A stretch of 64,000 nucleotides of DNA from Petromyzon marinus (taxonomy: Eukaryota): assembly GCF_048934315.1 (NCBI RefSeq), contig NC_133691.1:9311097-9375096 (forward strand). The letters run 5' to 3'. The first letter of the stretch is position 1. Each line of letters opens with the position of its first letter. The translations under genes and the position numbers were made by a program. This document shows positions 59,942 through 64,000 of the stretch, in pieces. Under the pieces are notes generated by a model. The model made no database searches. It had not been told where the DNA came from and saw only the letters and a program-made list of their open reading frames with translations.

Positions 59942-60559
59942 AACTTAACAGTTTGGATATAAATAAATACGTCCGGCTTTTCATTTCATTCGGTTGTTCA
60001 GGCGGACACTCTGGGCGTGCTAATATGGCATATCGAGTTATCATTCCAGCCAGTTGGAGGTGTGAATGGCTAACCCCGGAGAGGCTGAGAGGTCACTGGG
60101 CGCCATGGCAGGTGGGTGCCTTCGCCTCCACCCGCATTGATAAGCGTGGTGAAGTACGGTCGAATTTCTTTCCCTAAACGGTCAGGCAGCATGAAATGCG
60201 GTTCTACGTCATTTGCAACACTTTCTCAAACATGATGGCGGCAGGGAGTGAGGATGTAAGGAATCACTGGGTAATAACGGGACACCTCTTGGTTTGAGCA
60301 TTGCTACGTACAATGCACGAAATCGATAAGATTTAGAAGGCTATACGCTCTGACGCCATACATCGAATAACGTGAACACTCACCTGAGCATCTTCCAGTG
60401 ATAGGTCACCTTACGCAGTTTCTGCAGTACCAGGCTTTCCACTATTTCATCTTGTTTCTGCTTTTCCAAACGATCGCCGGTTTTCTCAAACCCACCTGAG
60501 ACGAAACAAATACACGAGTTAAGCATCGTACCTGCTCAGCGGCACTTTCCAAAGGCAAC

Positions 60560-60772
60560 TGACGAGTTGAGAACGGTGGCGTCGCCGTCACGGTAAACGT
60601 GCGGCCCCTCGCGGCCGTGCCGCCACTCACAGCTTTTGACGACGTCGCTATGGATCTGCGATGCCCTCTTCTGAAGGGGTTGCATTTCTATTGGCAGCGT
60701 GCGACTCCACAGATAGTTGCAAAGCTCCTTCATCCGCTCTGGCAGATGTGGGATCTGGAACTCTGTCGACAC
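60560..60772 (-). CDS. Candidate exon of an unidentified gene: (E)FQIPHLPERMKELCNYLWSRTLPIEMQPLQKRASQIHSDVVKS(C...); alternatively reads through to a stop at ~60536
   Basis: Minus strand acceptor gtgtcgacag|agttccag. Internal GTGAGT donor after ...aaaagct, or in-frame TGA 25 codons later. No homology recognised. Confidence 0.3.
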
Positions 60773-60830
60773 AAACACCGGTCTTAAGCCAAACGCATAT
60801 ATACAAGAAAAGCATGCAAATGACCCGTTC

Positions 60831-61111
60831 TAGATTTGAAGCTTTCGTGACTGCAAGGATCCATACTCTTTGGTTCTATTCGGTAAAGTCATGTAGGTAA
60901 AAATAAAATAACAAAAATCACGACGTTTCGGCCACAACACAAGCGGCCTTCATCAGGTGAAGGGACAGGACTGTCCAGAGGACACTCCAACGCTGTCCTC
61001 TGGACAGTCCTGTCCCTTCACCTGATGAAGGCCGCTTGTGTTGTGGCCGAAACGTCGTGATTTTTATTATATTTTTACCTATGTGACTTTACCGAATAGA
61101 ACCAAAGAGTA
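60831..61111. mobile_element. Foldback MITE family, full copy flanked by 12-bp duplication aatgacccgttc
   Basis: tagatttgaagctttcgtgactgcaaggatccatactctttggttctattcggtaaagtcatgtag...cacgacgtttcggccacaacacaagcggccttcatcaggtgaagggacaggactgtccagagg / reverse arm ...gaaccaaagagta. aatgacccgttc at 60819-60830 and 61112-61123. Confidence 0.85.
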
Positions 61112-61792
61112 AATGACCCGTTCATAACGGAACACGAATTATAGATGTTGAGCTTAACCGTGTACAGGAAAACACCATAATTAGAGATCAGTCACACTGG
61201 AAACCAGCCTCTTCCAATTCAAAGGCTCATATACAAGTTGTTTATATTTACCAAAATAAACAAATTTATCCAGTTCTTCTCCGTTTTCCGCTTAGACAGA
61301 TATATTGAGGATCTGCTCTCTGTGTGACTGGGGGGTGGAGTATGCCAGCATGCTTCAGACACTTTGTAATCGGCGCCACGCATGCTTTTATTTCCACGTT
61401 AAAACCATTACAGACCCCAGGCCATGGTTCCACGTTATTCTTTTTCTATACAAATGATACACTGGTCGTAATCGTCGCTCTACATGTTGTCTTGTGTTTC
61501 TTCATTAAGTGCAAAAAATATCTTGGGATGGCCAAACACATTTAAAGTAGGTTTAAGATTCAATAGGTTTTATAACTTTGCATCCATATACATCGATTCC
61601 TATACTCGATACACTCCTTGAATCGTGTGTCTAAGAGTCTGTTGTGATATTTACTTCCAACGCTATCATCTGGGCTGAATTATATCCGATGTGCTTATCT
61701 GGACGCCAGGAAGAGCGGGCAACTTTAAAGACAATGCAAAGATCGAGGGCACCACCATCGGTCAAAGTTCACGGAGCAAAGCGCGCACGTAC

Positions 61793-61924
61793 TCGCCAGC
61801 AACACCTTCACCCCTTGCCTCAGGGGCTCGGGGGCCTTCACGCTCCGCACGTGGCTGATGCCCGGGTGCTTCCTGAACGACTGGAACTGTTTGGCTTCCT
61901 CCGCCGTCGCCTCCGCAATGCACT
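61793..61924 (-). CDS. Candidate exon of a thioredoxin-like L51/S25/CI-B8-domain protein (NDUFA2 / MRPL43 / MRPS25 family): CIAEATAEEAKQFQSFRKHPGISHVRSVKAPEPLRQGVKVLLA
   Basis: Minus strand acceptor ttttcgtcccccag|tgcattgcg, donor ctggcga|gtacgtg. The pattern (A/G)x+xFxxxxF-RK-(N/H)PG-I-V matches the conserved N-terminal motif of that domain family. Inside a CpG-rich region. Coordinates +/-2. Confidence 0.4.
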
Positions 61925-62159
61925 GGGGGACGAAAACACGCGCGCAGGGTTTGAGTCTGCGTTACGGGCAGTCGTGCTGCCTGCGAGAGCTGTGCGTGGC
62001 GAAACGTCTGCTCTCCTCCTCCTCCTCACGCCCCCCCACCCCTCGTCTCTCCTCCTCTCTGCAGTACCCGAACGAGCTGCCGGGGCTGAAGACGCCGCCA
62101 GCTGCAGCCGGCGAGGAGACGCATGGCGCGCCCTGGAGTTTCAGCACCGCACGCACGCA

Positions 62160-62540
62160 CGGCTCGAGCCGGAGGAGACTCTCCAGGAGACACGGGGAGA
62201 GACGCGGGGAGAGACAGAGACACGGGGGAGAGATAGAGACACGGGGAGATACCACAATGAGACACGGGGAGAGACGCGGGGAGAGATAGAGACACGGGGA
62301 GAGACGACAGAGACACGGGGAGAGACACGGAGAGAGAGACAGAGACACGTAGAGAGACCACAATGAGACACGGGGAGAGACGAGAGAGACACGGAGAGAG
62401 ATAGAGACACGGGGAGATACAGGGCGAGACAGACACGGAGAGAGACAGAGACACGTGGAGAGAGACACAGAGACACGTGGAGAGAGACACAGAGACACGT
62501 AGAGAGACACGGAGACACAGAGGCGGGGAGACTCGGGCTG
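62160..62540. repeat. Low-complexity tandem repeat (gagagacacgggga / gagacagagacacg units)
   Basis: Direct reading. Track ORFs on both strands (61644-62366 +, 61962-62732 -) are artefacts. Confidence 0.8.
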
Positions 62541-62751
62541 TCTTTGGGACGCGAGGAGCACGCACTGTACGCCGCGCGTGGGTCCCACGTGACCGCCGAG
62601 TCTACTGTAGTACAGTAGTGCGTCGCACTGTAGCGGGGAGTTTGCCGAGAGCAGTCCTCCCGTTGGGTCGAACGATTCACAGCTCACCAGCAACACAACC
62701 TCAAATACATTCGGCAGCAACAACACCACCACCGTGGTGGAATTTGTATTT

Positions 62752-62900
62752 ACTAATTTGGTTCTCTCGGTAAAGTCACGTAGGTGAAAATATTTTAAAA
62801 AAATAATAAGAAAAATAAAAGTTAAAATAAAAAATTTGAAATCACTAAATTAAATCACGACGTTTCGATTGCAACACAAGCAATCATCATCAGGTGTGCA
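62752..62900. mobile_element. Foldback MITE family, half copy (left arm to central loop)
   Basis: tactaatttggttctctcggtaaagtcacgtaggtgaaaa...cacgacgtttcgattgcaacacaagcaatcatcatcaggtg. Confidence 0.65.
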
Positions 62901-63258
62901 ATTGTTTTATTTGTTATTTGCGCACGGCCGCCGAAGCAGAAGCAGCAGCAGCATCGCCACACGCTCACGTTCCTGTCAACCCCTAATCAGTGCCCCCTAA
63001 CTTATTACAGACAAATTCAGATCTTATCGGTCACCCCAGTGCCCCTCATAAATGTCAACGTTCATCCTACAAAGTCACCATCGCTAGGGAGAAACACAAA
63101 CAAGATTCTACATCATTAGACCTCCTTCGCCAGTACCAAAATACAATAATAGGGTTTTTGCCCCCTTTTTTCTGGCAACAAAACTGAAACCTTTTTACAA
63201 GGATTCTTGTCTGCATTAACCACAATACCTGCAGTCAAAATTTTAGAAACATGCGTTT

Positions 63259-63647
63259 AGGGGGTCGTCCATAAATGACGTCACGCGATTTTGGACGATT
63301 TTTGACCCCCCCCCCCCCTTCGTCACACGACGTCACAAAAAGTCAGACCCCCCCTCAAATATAACGTCACAAAGCCCTGCCCCCCCCCCCAAATAAAACA
63401 TGCTTCAAATCGCTTTAAACTATTGTCATTGTAGTGCGTATTTAATGTGGCGCTGCACTCTGATGTTGTAGGAGAAAACATTTTTTTAAGTCTAATTAAG
63501 TAGAACGTGTTGTCTATATTTATTTAAAGTTGCGCATTTTGATGTGACATCACATTTCTCAACCCCCCCCCCCCCTTCGTCACACATCGTCACAAATGTC
63601 TGACCCCCCCACCCCCTAGGTGCGTGACGTCATTTATGGACGGCCCC
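63259..63647. mobile_element. ~390-bp MITE with 26-bp terminal inverted repeats (ggggtcgtccataaatgacgtcacgc ... gcgtgacgtcatttatggacggcccc) and subterminal poly-C / cgtcacaaa repeats; flanked by TTAG on both sides
   Basis: TIRs and flanks read directly (gcgtTTAG|gggg... ...gcccc|TTAGagc). Internal motifs ccccccccccttcgtcacac(g/a)(a/t)cgtcacaaa(a/t)gtc(a/t)gaccccc repeated in inverted orientation. Confidence 0.6.
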
Positions 63648-63740
63648 TTAGAGCATTTGGCTGCTATAAATGAAAAATATCTCTATAGCTCAGTAAGCTT
63701 TACCTGGTAAAATATTTTTAAAAAACAAGTTTATATTATA

Positions 63741-64000
63741 ATCTTAGTTTTTTCGGTAAAGTCACGTTGAAGGGAAACAACAAAATAATAAAATATATAT
63801 AAAACAATAAAAAAATTCTCACGACGTTTCGACCATAACTCAAATGGTCGTCTTCAGTTATGGTCGAAGCGTCGTGAGAATTTTTTTTATTTTTTATATA
63901 TATTTTATTATTTTGTTGCTTCCCTTCAACGTGACTTTACCGAAAAAACTAAGAATATGAATTACTGCAGTCACGAAAGCTTTAAATCAAAAAAACAAGT
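63741..64000. mobile_element. Foldback MITE family copy, near-identical to copy 1 (2969-3228); truncated by window end
   Basis: tcttagttttttcggtaaagtcacgttgaagggaaacaacaaaataataaaatatatataaaacaataaaaaaattctcacgacgtttcgaccataactcaaatggtcgtcttcagttatggtcgaagcgtcgtgag... right terminus ...gaattactgcagtcacgaaagctttaaatcaaaa. aaaacaagt seen on both flanks. Confidence 0.8.

Noticed and set aside
2969-64000. HindIII-PstI-EcoRI cluster (AAGCTT...CTGCAG(G)AATTC) in the foldback element terminus, possible cloning-vector polylinker contamination
   Set aside because: The motif recurs in 12 diverged copies with different flanks and target duplications and is embedded in a longer conserved palindrome. It is intrinsic to a genomic repeat family, not vector sequence.

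Overview
This window is eukaryotic (vertebrate, fish-like) nuclear DNA, repeat-rich, with spliced genes. No prokaryotic operon logic applies. The ORF track uses bacterial start codons, so real genes had to be rebuilt from splice sites.

Three + strand gene models are supported by intron phase and arithmetic:
- An uncharacterised secreted Gly/Pro/Tyr/Ala-rich repetitive protein (5161-13646 and beyond). It has a signal-peptide first exon and eight or more exons that all sit in phase 1, as in tropoelastin. Exon 5 is 1.47 kb and carries about 35 tandem decapeptide repeats (GGPGGYAPAA).
- A compact 5-exon PAGR1 (PA1) orthologue (24109-28649).
- A complete 12-exon PRIMPOL orthologue (32763-48354). 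Its summed CDS is 2094 nt, in frame. Intron 6 holds a frameshifted Tc1-like transposon and intron 7 holds a degenerate LINE.

The rest of the window is mostly repeats:
- A very abundant family of foldback (hairpin) MITE-like elements, 12 copies with nested palindromes and flanking duplications of 7-12 bp.
- At least three tRNA-derived SINE families.
- A Penelope-like (RT plus GIY-YIG) fragment.
- Several satellites: 24-bp and 25-bp arrays covering 3.3 kb, and a 32/130-bp satellite inside intron 1 of the Gly-rich gene.
- Minisatellites and TIR-bounded MITEs.

Several isolated candidate exons on the minus strand lie at 57-62 kb: a signal-peptide exon, an ankyrin-repeat exon and a thioredoxin-like L51/S25/CI-B8 exon. 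These remain unassigned to any gene model.
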